Shown: positions 1 through 11,167, counted from the stretch's first letter. The stretch is 64,000 nt of DNA from Gammaproteobacteria bacterium (GCA_965243395.1 CBDEUS010000002.1:1235314-1299313), one strand, 5' to 3'. Program-made: numbers and translations. Notes: a model not told the origin generated them from the sequence alone.

Positions 1-1
1 A

Positions 2-289
2 GGTCTTGCGCTTGCAACAACGTTGTCTATGTTAGTGACCAGTTTTATCCTTTTAGCTATTATTATGAGACTCGGTTATCTCAGACCTCTCGAAATCGTA
101 TTAATCTCACTTTCGTGGGGGCTTTATTTAACTACTATATTATGTATATATTTTCGAAGTTATGCTGGAGTCGTAGTTTCTATTATTGCAATGATAATAT
201 TATTATGGGAAATTTGGATGATAAATCGAGAAAATGCTTCAAAAAGTGGGCCTAGGTTTTACTGGTTAAAAAACAGCTTTAGTTCTTAA
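2..289 (+). CDS. 3' end of a MurJ/MviN-like (MOP superfamily) flippase, truncated by the window start
   Basis: Frame is open from position 2 and reads GLALATTLSMLVTSFILL..., resembling the MurJ/MviN C-terminal GLALAxS motif, followed by hydrophobic helices; lies in a glycan cluster. Confidence 0.55.
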   Translation, partial: GLALATTLSMLVTSFILLAIIMRLGYLRPLEIVLISLSWGLYLTTILCIYFRSYAGVVVSIIAMIILLWEIWMINRENASKSGPRFYWLKNSFSS

Positions 290-430
290 GTTAAAAACAA
301 TGGTATTTAATATACCCTACATACATTAAGATAAAATCTTATAACAGTTTACTCAAATTTATTGTTTTATATTAAAAACGAAATTTAAATTTAACTAATT
401 ACAAAGATAAATTGAAACATTGCTAGACAC

Positions 431-1576
431 ATGAAGATTGCAATAGTTGTATCTAGCCCAATGACAATCAAAGCATTCTTGCATGATCTAATCATACGTC
501 TGTCCGAGATCTCTGAAGTTACTGTTGTAGCAAATATTTCAAATCCTAAAGATCTAGTAGTGCTTGAAAATAGTGCAAAAATTGTTAGTGTCAAAATTGT
601 CCGTAAGATTGCACTTTTTACAGATGTGAAAGCACTGTTAACATTATTGAGTTTATTCAGGAGAAATAAGTATGATCTAGTTTATTCAGTTACTCCAAAA
701 GCAGGGTTACTAGCAATGACTGCTAGTTTTTTAGCTCGGATTAATTGCAGAATTCATATATTTACCGGACAAGTTTGGGTAATGAAGCGTGGAGTAAGGC
801 GATTATTTTTAAAAATTGTGGATAAACTAATTGTAAGATTAGCTACCAACGTATTAGCAGATAGTATCAGCCAAAGTAAATTCTTAATTAACGAAAATGT
901 AGTTAATTCAAATAAGATTGCAGTATTGGCTAATGGTTCAATTAGTGGGGTTAACTTAAAACGATTTTGTAAGGACGAAAATATTAGAAATGAAGTTCGC
1001 GAGCAATTAAATATTGATAAAAATGAGTTAGTATTTTTATTTCTTGGTAGGCTTGATCCTGATAAGGGGATACTTGATTTAGTAGATGCATTTAGTCTGA
1101 TCTATAATCGATATAAATTTGTCAGGCTTGTTATTGTTGGGCCTGATGAAGCAGGAATATGCAGTCAAATTGATTCGAAAATTCCGTCTAAAACTAATAA
1201 TATAATTTTCGTAGATTTTACAAATCGACCAGAGTCGTACATGAATGCGGCTGATGTTATTTGTCTCCCCAGTTATAGAGAAGGTTTTGGTAGTGTTGTG
1301 ATTGAAGCAGCTGCAATAGGTATACCTGCAATAGGTAGCAATATTTACGGTATAAGAGATGCAATAGAAGATGGAGTAACTGGCATTTTATATCCTCCTC
1401 GAGATAAAAAGGCACTATATTCAGCAATGCAAAAACTTATTTTAGAACCGGAGACAAGAATACGATTTGGTGTTGCAGCACAAAAACGTGCCAAGCGTTT
1501 ATTTTCACAGAATCTTGTAACTTCATCTTATATAGACTATTTCAAACAAGCAGTAGATAGTTGTATTTCTCGATGA
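431..1576 (+). CDS. Glycosyltransferase family 4 (CapM/PglA-like)
   Basis: GT4 motifs TPKAG, FLGRL..DKG, LPSYREGFG.V.IEA. Confidence 0.9.
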   Translation: MKIAIVVSSPMTIKAFLHDLIIRLSEISEVTVVANISNPKDLVVLENSAKIVSVKIVRKIALFTDVKALLTLLSLFRRNKYDLVYSVTPKAGLLAMTASFLARINCRIHIFTGQVWVMKRGVRRLFLKIVDKLIVRLATNVLADSISQSKFLINENVVNSNKIAVLANGSISGVNLKRFCKDENIRNEVREQLNIDKNELVFLFLGRLDPDKGILDLVDAFSLIYNRYKFVRLVIVGPDEAGICSQIDSKIPSKTNNIIFVDFTNRPESYMNAADVICLPSYREGFGSVVIEAAAIGIPAIGSNIYGIRDAIEDGVTGILYPPRDKKALYSAMQKLILEPETRIRFGVAAQKRAKRLFSQNLVTSSYIDYFKQAVDSCISR

Positions 1577-2163
1577 AACGAATATTCGACATAATTATTA
1601 CTGTTATACTTTTTGTATTGCTAAGCTTTATATTCATTGTCATTGCTTTTCTGATACTCATTACTCTCGGCAAACCCATATTGTTTACTCAAATGCGTCC
1701 AGGTCTTAATGGCGAGCTTTTCAAGATTTATAAATTTCGAACCATGAAAATAAAATATGACAAAAATGGAATGCCATTGCATGATAGTCAAAGACTTACA
1801 CGATTTGGTGCTTGGTTAAGACGCACCAGCTTGGATGAATTACCAACTTTATGGAATGTTCTGTGTGGTCATATGAGTTTAGTAGGGCCAAGACCTTTGC
1901 TAATTGAGTATCTTTCTTTATATTCGCCTGAACAAAAGCGAAGGCATAACGTTAAGCCAGGAATAACAGGCTGGGCGCAAGTTAATGGTAGAAATGCAGT
2001 CAGCTGGGAAGAGAAATTCAAACTAGATGTATGGTATGTGGAAAACCATAATTTTTGTTTGGACCTTAAGATTTTATTTTTAACTATAATTGCTGTGTTT
2101 AAATCTACGGGAATAACCCAAGAAGGGCATGTAACAACAGAAAAGTTTCGAGGTTCAAATTGA
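1573..2163 (+). CDS. Monotopic phosphoglycosyl transferase (PglC/bacterial sugar transferase family)
   Basis: MKRIFD start (ATG overlaps upstream TGA), KFRTM, SLDELP, MSLVGPRP, PGITGWAQVNGRN motifs. Confidence 0.92.
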   Translation: MKRIFDIIITVILFVLLSFIFIVIAFLILITLGKPILFTQMRPGLNGELFKIYKFRTMKIKYDKNGMPLHDSQRLTRFGAWLRRTSLDELPTLWNVLCGHMSLVGPRPLLIEYLSLYSPEQKRRHNVKPGITGWAQVNGRNAVSWEEKFKLDVWYVENHNFCLDLKILFLTIIAVFKSTGITQEGHVTTEKFRGSN

Positions 2164-2789
2164 AACCCAAGTTATTAATTGTTGGAGCAGGAGGGCATGG
2201 GTCTGTAGTTGCTGATGCTGCTATTGAACAGAACATATGGTCTGAAATTGCTTTTTTAGATGATAATGTAAATGAGCCTAGCATAGTGAATGACATACCT
2301 GTTTTAGGGGTAATTGCTGATATACATAAGTATTCTGGTCAATTTGGAGATTTGGCAATAGCTATTGGCGATAATATTCTTAGGATGAAACTAATAGAAG
2401 AATTTATAAATAGTGACTTTTGTTTACCGGTCATTTCTCACCCAAAGGCAATTGTTAGTAAAAATTCAGAAATTGGGCCAGGCACATTTTTAGCAGCGAA
2501 CGCTGTAATCAATGCAGGGTCCACGTTGGGTAAAGGTTGCATAATAAACACTGCTGCAACTGTTGATCATGACAATATTTTGTCAGATGGTGTGCATGTA
2601 TCTCCAGGTGCTCACCTTGGCGGAAATGTGGTAGTCGGGAAGTGTAGCTGGATTGGAATTGGCGCGAGTATTAGGGAACAAGTTTCCATAGGCGAGAATG
2701 TAATCATTGGTGCAGGTGCAGCAGTCGTGGAGAACGTAGGTAATTCTTTGCAAATGCTGGGTGTACCAGCCCGCCCAAATGAGAAGTAA
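2160..2789 (+). CDS. Sugar N-acetyltransferase, PglD/NeuD family (hexapeptide repeat)
   Basis: GAGGHG N-terminal motif, INTAATVDHD, hexapeptide repeats, GVPAR C-terminus. Confidence 0.9.
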   Translation: MKPKLLIVGAGGHGSVVADAAIEQNIWSEIAFLDDNVNEPSIVNDIPVLGVIADIHKYSGQFGDLAIAIGDNILRMKLIEEFINSDFCLPVISHPKAIVSKNSEIGPGTFLAANAVINAGSTLGKGCIINTAATVDHDNILSDGVHVSPGAHLGGNVVVGKCSWIGIGASIREQVSIGENVIIGAGAAVVENVGNSLQMLGVPARPNEK

Positions 2790-2791
2790 AG

Positions 2792-4024
2792 ATGTCGCCT
2801 ATAGTTAAAAATGATTCTCTTGCGATTGAGGGAGGTGATTGTGAAGTTAGTCGTTCATTCCCTGCTTGGCCACAATATTCGAGTGAAGAAATTAAGGCTG
2901 TTACAGATGTACTAGTATCCGGAAAAGTTAATTATTGGACAGGTAATGTAGGTAAAACTTTTGAAAATGAGTTTGCAAACTATTTTGGATTAAAACATGC
3001 CGTTGCATTATCAAATGGTAGTGTTGCACTTGAAGTTGCTTTGAAAGCTCTAAAAATTGGTGAAGGTGATGAAGTGATAGTTACGCCACGCACATTCATT
3101 GCTTCGGCTAGTAGTATATCTATTTGTGGGGCAACCCCGGTTTTTGTAGATGTTGATAGAGAAAGTCAAAACATAACTGCAGAAACAATCCAAACTGCAA
3201 TCACTAGTAATACAAAAGCTATTTTATTAGTGCATTTAGCAGGCTGGCCTTGTGAAATGGATACAATAATTGATATAGCTCACCGTCATAATCTAAAAGT
3301 AATAGAAGATTGTGCCCAGGCGCATGGTGCAAAATATAATACTCAATATGTTGGCACATTTGGTAACGTGGCTACATTTTCATTTTGTCAAGACAAAATA
3401 ATATCTACAGGTGGGGAAGGTGGAATGTTATTAACGAATGACGAGTCTATATGGAGTTTTGCATGGAGCTATAAAGATCATGGAAAGAATGTAGATTGCC
3501 TGAATCATTCTAATGGATTTAATAATAATTTGTTTAGGTGGGTACATGATTCAATTGGGTCTAATTATAGAATGACTGAAATTCAGGCAGCTATTGGATT
3601 AGAGCAGTTGCATAAACTTAATGATTGGGTGCTTCAGCGTCAAAAAAATGCTGAACAGTTAACTAGTTATTTTAAAAATATACCTGCATTAAGAGTGACA
3701 ATACCAAATAAAAATATTGATCATGCGTATTATAAATATTATGTATTTGTTAGAAATAAACTACTAAAACCAGGATGGACAAGAGATAAAATTGTCCAGG
3801 CAATTAATAAAGAAGGAGTGCCTTGTTTCACAGGCAGCTGTAGTGAGGTATATAAAGAAAAAGCTTTTGTTGATGCAAAAATATTTCCCAGCAAAGACTT
3901 TAAAATTGCAAAAGAGTTAGGAGAGACAAGTCTAATGTTTAATGTCCATCCTATGCTAAATACTCAAGATATTGAGAGTATTTATCATGCAGTAAAGAAA
4001 GTATTCAACCATGCCTCTATTTAG
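2792..4024 (+). CDS. DegT/DnrJ/EryC1/StrS PLP-dependent sugar aminotransferase (PglE-like)
   Basis: VIEDCAQAHGA, SFCQDKIISTGGEGG (PLP lysine), GSNYRM motifs. Confidence 0.92.
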   Translation: MSPIVKNDSLAIEGGDCEVSRSFPAWPQYSSEEIKAVTDVLVSGKVNYWTGNVGKTFENEFANYFGLKHAVALSNGSVALEVALKALKIGEGDEVIVTPRTFIASASSISICGATPVFVDVDRESQNITAETIQTAITSNTKAILLVHLAGWPCEMDTIIDIAHRHNLKVIEDCAQAHGAKYNTQYVGTFGNVATFSFCQDKIISTGGEGGMLLTNDESIWSFAWSYKDHGKNVDCLNHSNGFNNNLFRWVHDSIGSNYRMTEIQAAIGLEQLHKLNDWVLQRQKNAEQLTSYFKNIPALRVTIPNKNIDHAYYKYYVFVRNKLLKPGWTRDKIVQAINKEGVPCFTGSCSEVYKEKAFVDAKIFPSKDFKIAKELGETSLMFNVHPMLNTQDIESIYHAVKKVFNHASI

Positions 4025-4048
4025 AAATTTTAATTTTATCTTTTAATT

Positions 4049-5932
4049 ATGTCGCTTATTCATAATCGCTGGTTGGCACTTATCCATGACATTATTTGGA
4101 TTCCGCTAGCCTTATTAATTGCATTTTGGGTTAGATTCAATTTAGGAATGATTCCATCGGAATTTTGGCCTGGCATTTATCAAATTATTATTGTTTCTCT
4201 CGTCGTGCAAACTGCGAGTTATTGGTATTTTGGTTTATATAGGGGTATTTGGAGATTTGCATCGGTTCCTGATATTTTTCGAATATTAAAAGCAGTCATA
4301 ATTGGCGTTAGTTTGTCACTTTTAGGGGTATTTTTATTTTCAAGATTAAGTAATTTTCCTCGGTCAATTTTAGTTTTATATCCGCTTTTTTTATTTTTAG
4401 GATTAAGTGCGTCGCGTCTTTTATATAGATGGTATAAAGACAGGGATTTTTATTTTGAGAGCGGTGAAAAAAAACATGTCTTGATCGTAGGTGCAGGTCA
4501 AGCGGGTGAAATGCTTGTAAGAAGTATGTTGCGAGAAAATAAGCTTGTTCCTGTAGGGTTTGTAGATGATGATGTTGGAAAAATAGGACGAGATATCCAT
4601 GGTGTCAGGGTAAAAGACAAAATAGATTCATTAGAGAAAGTAATAAAAAAAATAGATGTGGATTTGGTTATTATCAGCATCAGAAATATTTCTGCGAAAC
4701 CTTTAAAAAATATTTTACGTGTTTGCAATGATAATAAAATTGATTGTCAAATTATTCCGTCACTTATTGAAATCAGTAGTGATAGTGTGGATCTCTCATT
4801 ACTCAGACGAGTTAAAATTGAAGATTTATTAGGTAGAGAATCTGTAAAATTAGATAACCAATTGATTAGAAAGTTTATTAAAGATAAATGTATTTTGGTT
4901 ACGGGAGCAGGTGGCTCTATAGGCTCTGAGTTAAGCAAACAAGTGCTTACATATGCTCCAAACAAACTTATCTTACTTGAGCAAAGTGAATTTAACTTGT
5001 ACACGATAAAAAAGAAATTATTCGACCGTGAAGATCTTGGAGAATCAGATGTAATTTCAGTGCTTTGTGATATCAGAGATGATAAAGCTTTAAATGAAGT
5101 GTTTAATAAATACAAACCTCATGTAGTACTTCATGCAGCTGCTTATAAACATGTGCCGATCATTGAGGAAAATATATTTGAAGGCGTAAAAACTAATATA
5201 TTTGGAACTAAAAAATTAGCCGAAATAGCTGCTAAAAATAATGTCGATAAGTTTGTGATGGTGTCAACAGATAAAGCGGTTAATCCAAGTAGTATGATGG
5301 GCGCTACTAAACGTGCAGCTGAGATATTTTGTCAAGCATTAAGCAATCAAAATAATACAAAATTTATCACTACCAGATTTGGTAATGTTTTAGATTCGAC
5401 AGGATCTGTGGTGCCACTATTTCGTGAGCAAATAAATAATGGAGGGCCGGTTACGGTAACTCATAAAGATATGTCCCGATATTTTATGAGTATTCCTGAA
5501 GCGGCTAGTTTGATATTGCAAGCAGCTTCTATGGGAGAGGGTGGTGAAATATTTGTGTTAGATATGGGCAATCCGGTAAAGATATATGATTTAGCAAGAC
5601 AAATGATCCGATTATCAGGCTACGACCCTGATCATGATATTAAAATTGAAATTATTGGATTGCGTCCAGGCGAGAAACTATATGAGGAGCTATTCCATGA
5701 GTCAGAGGACTATATTGGGACTGAGCACCCAAAAATATTATTGGCAGCATCTAGGAAAGTAGACTGGGATATTTTTTCGATACAGCTTGAAAATATTTTA
5801 AGTGCCTGTGAAAAACGAGATGCCGATAATCTAATTGAGACTATGAAATCAATAATTCCAGAATATACTAAAGACTATTCAGAATCTTCTGATAAGATTG
5901 CGAAACCAAGTGAGGCGCCTATTATTCACTAA
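4049..5932 (+). CDS. Membrane-anchored UDP-GlcNAc 4,6-dehydratase (PglF/WbpM/CapD family)
   Basis: Four N-terminal TM segments, TGAGGSIG, HAAAYKHVP, STDKAVNP, MGATK, RFGNVL, GLRPGEKLYEEL. Confidence 0.92.
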   Translation: MSLIHNRWLALIHDIIWIPLALLIAFWVRFNLGMIPSEFWPGIYQIIIVSLVVQTASYWYFGLYRGIWRFASVPDIFRILKAVIIGVSLSLLGVFLFSRLSNFPRSILVLYPLFLFLGLSASRLLYRWYKDRDFYFESGEKKHVLIVGAGQAGEMLVRSMLRENKLVPVGFVDDDVGKIGRDIHGVRVKDKIDSLEKVIKKIDVDLVIISIRNISAKPLKNILRVCNDNKIDCQIIPSLIEISSDSVDLSLLRRVKIEDLLGRESVKLDNQLIRKFIKDKCILVTGAGGSIGSELSKQVLTYAPNKLILLEQSEFNLYTIKKKLFDREDLGESDVISVLCDIRDDKALNEVFNKYKPHVVLHAAAYKHVPIIEENIFEGVKTNIFGTKKLAEIAAKNNVDKFVMVSTDKAVNPSSMMGATKRAAEIFCQALSNQNNTKFITTRFGNVLDSTGSVVPLFREQINNGGPVTVTHKDMSRYFMSIPEAASLILQAASMGEGGEIFVLDMGNPVKIYDLARQMIRLSGYDPDHDIKIEIIGLRPGEKLYEELFHESEDYIGTEHPKILLAASRKVDWDIFSIQLENILSACEKRDADNLIETMKSIIPEYTKDYSESSDKIAKPSEAPIIH

Positions 5933-5971
5933 ATTTATAGGGTATTTGTGGTCAATCTTTGAATAGTTGAA

Positions 5972-7303
5972 ATGAAAAAAGTTTTTGTAAAGACACAAGG
6001 ATGTCAGATGAATGAGTATGATTCAGATAAAATGCTGGATGTACTTAGTCATGAGTGTGGGATGCAAGTTACTCAAGATGCTTCCGAAGCTGATTTATTA
6101 CTTTTAAATACATGTTCTATTAGGGAAAAAGCACAAGAGAAAGTGTTTTCTCAGTTAGGGCAGTGGCGGCCGCTTAAAGAAAAAAACCCAAACCTAATGA
6201 TTGGGGTTGGTGGTTGTGTTGCAAGTCAAGAAGGAGATGCGTTATCAAAGAGAGCAAAGCAAGTAGATTTTGTATTTGGCCCTCAAACGATTCACAGATT
6301 ACCAGAACTATTATCTAAAGCTCGATCGACTAAAAAAGCAGTTGTTGATATTTCTTTTCCAGAAATAGAGAAGTTTGATTGTTTACCTGATCCTAGGGCA
6401 GATGGTCCAAAAGCATATGTTTCCATCATGGAAGGTTGTAGCAAGTATTGTACGTATTGTGTCGTACCTTACACGAGAGGAGAAGAGTTTAGTCGACCAT
6501 TGCTAGATGTTATGCGGGAGGTAAATTCACTTGCTAAACAGGGGGTACGTGAAATTACATTGCTTGGTCAAAATGTGAATGGATATCGCGGTTTAGATGA
6601 GAATGGTGAAGTAGTAGATTTTTCTTTACTTGTTTATTTTGTTAGTCAAGTAAATGGGTTAAAAAGAATTCGTTATACAAGTTCACATCCGATAGAGTTT
6701 TCTGAAAATCTTGTTAATGCTTATGCAGAGATACCTGAGTTAGTGAATCATGTGCATTTGCCTGTGCAAAGTGGGTCAGATCGTGTGCTAGCCTCAATGA
6801 AACGAGGGCATACCGCTATAGAATTTAAATCAATAATAAAAAAATTACGTGAACACCGGCCTGACATAAGTATAACTTCTGATTTTATTGTTGGATTTCC
6901 AGGGGAAACCGATGAAGATTTTGAAGATACTTTGAAATTTGTTGAAAATATAGGGTTCGACCAGTCATATAGCTTTGTTTATAGCCGTCGACCAGGAACA
7001 CCTGCTGCTGCTCTAGACGACGATGTTAAACCTGAAGTAAAAAAACAACGTTTACGACGATTACAACGACTTATAAATAAATTGTCTGCAGAATATTCAA
7101 AAGCGATGCTAGGTACGGAACAAATTGTATTAGTAGAGGGATTGTCAAAAAAATCAGATCAAGAATATTCTGGCCGTACAGAAAACAATCGGGTTGTTAA
7201 CTTTTCAACAACAGAAAATGTAATTGGAAAATTTGTTAATCTTTTTATATCTGATGTATATGCAAATTCTTTGCGAGGTAAATATCTTGAAACCTTGTAC
7301 TAG
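5972..7303 (+). CDS. miaB: tRNA ms2i6A37 methylthiotransferase MiaB
   Basis: [18 protein letters not shown], radical-SAM CSKYCTYC, C-terminal TRAM domain; upstream of phoH-ybeY. Confidence 0.97.
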   Translation: MKKVFVKTQGCQMNEYDSDKMLDVLSHECGMQVTQDASEADLLLLNTCSIREKAQEKVFSQLGQWRPLKEKNPNLMIGVGGCVASQEGDALSKRAKQVDFVFGPQTIHRLPELLSKARSTKKAVVDISFPEIEKFDCLPDPRADGPKAYVSIMEGCSKYCTYCVVPYTRGEEFSRPLLDVMREVNSLAKQGVREITLLGQNVNGYRGLDENGEVVDFSLLVYFVSQVNGLKRIRYTSSHPIEFSENLVNAYAEIPELVNHVHLPVQSGSDRVLASMKRGHTAIEFKSIIKKLREHRPDISITSDFIVGFPGETDEDFEDTLKFVENIGFDQSYSFVYSRRPGTPAAALDDDVKPEVKKQRLRRLQRLINKLSAEYSKAMLGTEQIVLVEGLSKKSDQEYSGRTENNRVVNFSTTENVIGKFVNLFISDVYANSLRGKYLETLY

Positions 7304-7316
7304 AGGGTTTTAAAGT

Positions 7317-8282
7317 TTGTCTTCAGAAGATTATTCCATAGATGTCGTGCTTGAACCTGCCGATAATCCAAGACTTGCGAATTTGTGTGGACCTCTAAAT
7401 GAGCATCTTAGCCAAATGGAAAAAAGGCTCGGTATTGAAATAAATAACCGTGGCAATACTTTTTCAATTCGGGGTGATGCAAAAACTGTAAATACGGCTG
7501 CTGAAGTCTTAAAAGAGTTATATGACTCAACGAAGGAAAATACTTTATCTTCATCTGATATACATCTTTATCTTCAAGAGTCTGAATTAGCACAGACCGC
7601 TGAACAGAATCAGGTAACAAATCGCTCAACTATCCACACAAGACGCTCGATAATTAAAGCGAGAGGAAATAATCAAGAAAAATATATCAAGGCGATTGAA
7701 GAGTGTGATCTAGTATTTGGCGTTGGGCCAGCGGGTACGGGTAAGACTTATTTGGCAGTAGCATCTGCAGTTGAGGCGCTTGAACGAGATAATATACGCA
7801 AGCTCGTTTTGGTTAGACCCGCGGTTGAAGCAGGAGAAAGGCTAGGATTTCTTCCTGGAGATTTAGCACAAAAAATTGATCCGTATCTCAGGCCTATGTA
7901 TGACGCGTTGTATGAAATGATGGGCTTTGAGAAAGTGAATAAATTAATTGATAGAAACATAATAGAAATTGCTCCGCTAGCATATATGCGTGGACGCACA
8001 TTGAATGATGCCTTTATTATTCTAGATGAAGCCCAAAATACTACGGTTGAACAGATGAAGATGTTTCTTACACGTATAGGCTTTGGTTCAAAAGCTATTG
8101 TTACTGGAGATATCACTCAAATCGATTTGCCGAATGCAAAAGAGTCTGGTCTAAAGCATGTAATACGTATTTTGCAAAATACTAAAGGTATTTCTTTTTG
8201 TAACTTTGAGTCTAAAGATGTAGTGAGACATCCTCTCGTTAAAAAGATTATCCAGGCTTATGCTAAAAATTCAAAAGAATAA
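7317..8282 (+). CDS. phoH: PhoH-family ATPase (YbeZ)
   Basis: GPAGTGKT, RPAVEAGERLGFLPGD, DEAQN motifs; TTG start with GAGG RBS. Confidence 0.93.
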   Translation: MSSEDYSIDVVLEPADNPRLANLCGPLNEHLSQMEKRLGIEINNRGNTFSIRGDAKTVNTAAEVLKELYDSTKENTLSSSDIHLYLQESELAQTAEQNQVTNRSTIHTRRSIIKARGNNQEKYIKAIEECDLVFGVGPAGTGKTYLAVASAVEALERDNIRKLVLVRPAVEAGERLGFLPGDLAQKIDPYLRPMYDALYEMMGFEKVNKLIDRNIIEIAPLAYMRGRTLNDAFIILDEAQNTTVEQMKMFLTRIGFGSKAIVTGDITQIDLPNAKESGLKHVIRILQNTKGISFCNFESKDVVRHPLVKKIIQAYAKNSKE

Positions 8283-8296
8283 ATAATAAAGTTTCA

Positions 8297-8746
8297 ATGA
8301 GCATTAATTTGGATGTGCAAATTGCTTCTAAAAATTTAGATATTCCTAAAGCAGCCGAGTTTAAGATCTGGGCTGACTCGGTGCCCATTGATTATGAAAC
8401 AAGTTTATGTTTGAGAATAGTTGATGAACAGGAAGCTAAAACACTAAATAAAAAATATAGAAAGATTGAAAAAGCTACGAATGTGCTTTCATTCCCAGCA
8501 GGACTTCCTTCTGGTTTAAAAATTGATTTTCTTGGAGATATAGTAATTTGTGCGCCAATAGTAACTCTTGAGGCACAGGAATATAATAAAGATTTAAAGA
8601 ATCATTGGGCACATTTACTTATTCATGGGATATTGCATTTACAAGGGTATGATCATGAGCAAAATGTCGATGCTGAAAAAATGGAGTCGTTAGAGATTAA
8701 AATTCTCAGTAGTTTAGGTATTTCTAACCCGTATGAATCAATTTGA
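8297..8746 (+). CDS. ybeY: rRNA maturation endoribonuclease YbeY
   Basis: TNVLSFP, LGDIVIC, HGILHLQGYDH metal motif. Confidence 0.96.
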   Translation: MSINLDVQIASKNLDIPKAAEFKIWADSVPIDYETSLCLRIVDEQEAKTLNKKYRKIEKATNVLSFPAGLPSGLKIDFLGDIVICAPIVTLEAQEYNKDLKNHWAHLLIHGILHLQGYDHEQNVDAEKMESLEIKILSSLGISNPYESI

Positions 8747-8765
8747 ATATAAGAACTAAATAATA

Positions 8766-9605
8766 ATGAGTACAGATACAGATAATAGTTCTACAAGTTT
8801 AGGTTTAATTGCATCCATAAAGCTGTTTTTGAATGGTGTTCCTCAAAATCGAGAACAAATTATTAAGCTACTACGTAATGCCGAAAAAAATAATATTTTA
8901 AGTAGAGACATCCTTGAAATGATTGAGGGTGCATTTCAAGTTTCAAATATACAAGTAAAAAATATCATGATTCCTCGTTCTCACATGGTAGTAGTTCGAG
9001 AGGGTTCCACTTTGCAAGATATGTTACCGCTAATCATTGATTCAGCTCACTCCAGATTTCCTGTAATCGGTGATAGTCGTGATGAAGTGCTTGGAATATT
9101 ACTAGCAAAAGATTTATTACGTTTTTTTATCGAAGGCAAACAAGAAGAGTTTAATTTAGCTGATGTGCTGCGCCCCACTGTTGTAGTGCCAGAATCTAAG
9201 CGCGTCAACACATTGTTAAATGAATTTAAAGATGGCAGAAATCACATGGCCATTGTGGTCGATGAGTACAGCAGTGTGTCAGGTTTAGTTACTATTGAAG
9301 ATGTGTTAGAGCAAATTGTTGGAGAAATTACCGACGAACATGATATTGAGGAAGACCGTTATATTTTTGAACACTCTAAAGGTCATTTTGGCGTGAAGGC
9401 ATTAACTCCGATTGAGGATTTCAATGAATTTTTCTCAACAGAATATAGCGATACTGATTTTGAAACATTTGGAGGTTTAGTGCTGAGTAAATTTGGACAC
9501 TTACCGAAAAAAGGTGAAAAAATAGAATTCGATAGTTTTAAAATAGAAGTGTTACGTGCCGATCGGAGAAGATTGCATCTTTTAAATGTATCCCAACATA
9601 GCTAA
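8766..9605 (+). CDS. corC: CBS + CorC/HlyC domain Mg/Co transport protein CorC (YbeX)
   Basis: HSRFPV, HMAIVVDEY, GLVTIEDVLEQIVGEI.DEHD; conserved position between ybeY and lnt. Confidence 0.92.
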   Translation: MSTDTDNSSTSLGLIASIKLFLNGVPQNREQIIKLLRNAEKNNILSRDILEMIEGAFQVSNIQVKNIMIPRSHMVVVREGSTLQDMLPLIIDSAHSRFPVIGDSRDEVLGILLAKDLLRFFIEGKQEEFNLADVLRPTVVVPESKRVNTLLNEFKDGRNHMAIVVDEYSSVSGLVTIEDVLEQIVGEITDEHDIEEDRYIFEHSKGHFGVKALTPIEDFNEFFSTEYSDTDFETFGGLVLSKFGHLPKKGEKIEFDSFKIEVLRADRRRLHLLNVSQHS

Positions 9606-9658
9606 TTAAGGAATCTTTTTAGCTCATTATTAATTAGCTGATAGTCTAACAACAATAC

Positions 9659-11149
9659 ATGCCATTGTTATTTAAAATAATTCTGCTTGCTATTTCAGGC
9701 GCAGCACTCGTTTTAGCTTATGCGCCATTTTCTTATTGGTGGCTAACGTTTATTTGTCCAATTTTTCTATACTTGGCTACTATAAAATTACCAGTGCGCA
9801 CTGCATTTCTGTGTGGATTTATATTTGGCTTATTCTTTTTTGGATTTGGTGTTCCCTGGACATTTAATAGCATACATGAGTTTGGTGGTGCGCCATTATT
9901 GTTGAGCGCAATTCTTGCAAGTTTATTGGTTTTAGTGCTCGCTTTATTTCCTGCAACTATTGCAGCATTGAATGTTTATTTATGTCGTGATGATTGTCGT
10001 CGTTTATTCAGTGCTCTAACTTTTGCGAGTTTATGGGTATTGTTTGAGTGGCTGAGAGGTTGGGTATTTACAGGATTTCCTTGGTTGCTGATTGGGCATG
10101 TTCATCATACAGGGCCTTTGCAAAGTATATTACCTATCTTTGGATCATATGGCGCAAGCTGGATTACATTATTAATAGGATGCTTGGTCGTTACCTTGTT
10201 ATTAGCTGAGTATAAGCAGAAAATTTATTCTGCAATAATTTTAGTAATTATTGCATTCTCTTTATATTCATTGGATCAAATTACATGGACTGAAGCGGAA
10301 GAAGAATCATTAGATGTGATTTTAGTACAAGGAAATATACCTCAAGAAATGAAATGGGATCGTAGTAAGCACAATTTCATAATGAATAAATATTTACAGA
10401 TGAGTAGCCGTCATTTTAATGCAGATATTATTATTTGGCCTGAAACCGCAATTCCTACTTATTATTCAATAGTAAAAGATTCATTTATTCCGCAAGTAAG
10501 CGAGACTGCAGAAAAAAATGATTTGAATTATTTGATTGGTGTTTTCACTTTTGATCCAGAAAATGAGCATGTCTACAATAGTGTAATGACATTGGGCGAC
10601 GAGTTGGGATTTTATCGTAAACAGCATTTAGTCCCGTTCGGAGAATATCTTCCTTTCCGCGGGATACTCACAATTCTTGAACGTTATATCAATCTTCCAA
10701 TGGCAGATATTTCTAGTGGCGAGGGAAGGCCATTGGTGAAGTTAAAAGGGCATGCGGTGGGCGCTTCTATTTGCTACGAAGCCGTATACGGAAATGAAGT
10801 GATTAGGGCACTACCTGAAGCTAAGTTCTTAGTTAATGTGAGTAATGATGCATGGTTTGGTGATTCACTTGCCCCGCATCAACATTTAGAAATCACACGT
10901 TCAAGAGCGGTCGAAACGGGCAGGTATCTATTGCGTGCAACGAATACTGGTATTTCGGCAGTGATTGATCCAAATGGAACGATAATTAATAAGTCTGTCC
11001 AGTTTGAAGACGATATAGTTCGATCGACTATAAAACCACACACAGGGACTACGCTCTATGCGAAATGGGGGAATTGGGGTATTGTCATCACTGTATTAGT
11101 TACATTGATTATTCTGTGTTTTCAAAGATGGGTAACTGCAAAACATTAA
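9659..11149 (+). CDS. lnt: Apolipoprotein N-acyltransferase Lnt
   Basis: TGFPW, QGNIPQ, WPETA, KQHLVPFGEY, ICYE, NDAWFG motifs. Confidence 0.96.
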   Translation: MPLLFKIILLAISGAALVLAYAPFSYWWLTFICPIFLYLATIKLPVRTAFLCGFIFGLFFFGFGVPWTFNSIHEFGGAPLLLSAILASLLVLVLALFPATIAALNVYLCRDDCRRLFSALTFASLWVLFEWLRGWVFTGFPWLLIGHVHHTGPLQSILPIFGSYGASWITLLIGCLVVTLLLAEYKQKIYSAIILVIIAFSLYSLDQITWTEAEEESLDVILVQGNIPQEMKWDRSKHNFIMNKYLQMSSRHFNADIIIWPETAIPTYYSIVKDSFIPQVSETAEKNDLNYLIGVFTFDPENEHVYNSVMTLGDELGFYRKQHLVPFGEYLPFRGILTILERYINLPMADISSGEGRPLVKLKGHAVGASICYEAVYGNEVIRALPEAKFLVNVSNDAWFGDSLAPHQHLEITRSRAVETGRYLLRATNTGISAVIDPNGTIINKSVQFEDDIVRSTIKPHTGTTLYAKWGNWGIVITVLVTLIILCFQRWVTAKH

Positions 11150-11167
11150 TAATGCAGTAAAAATATT

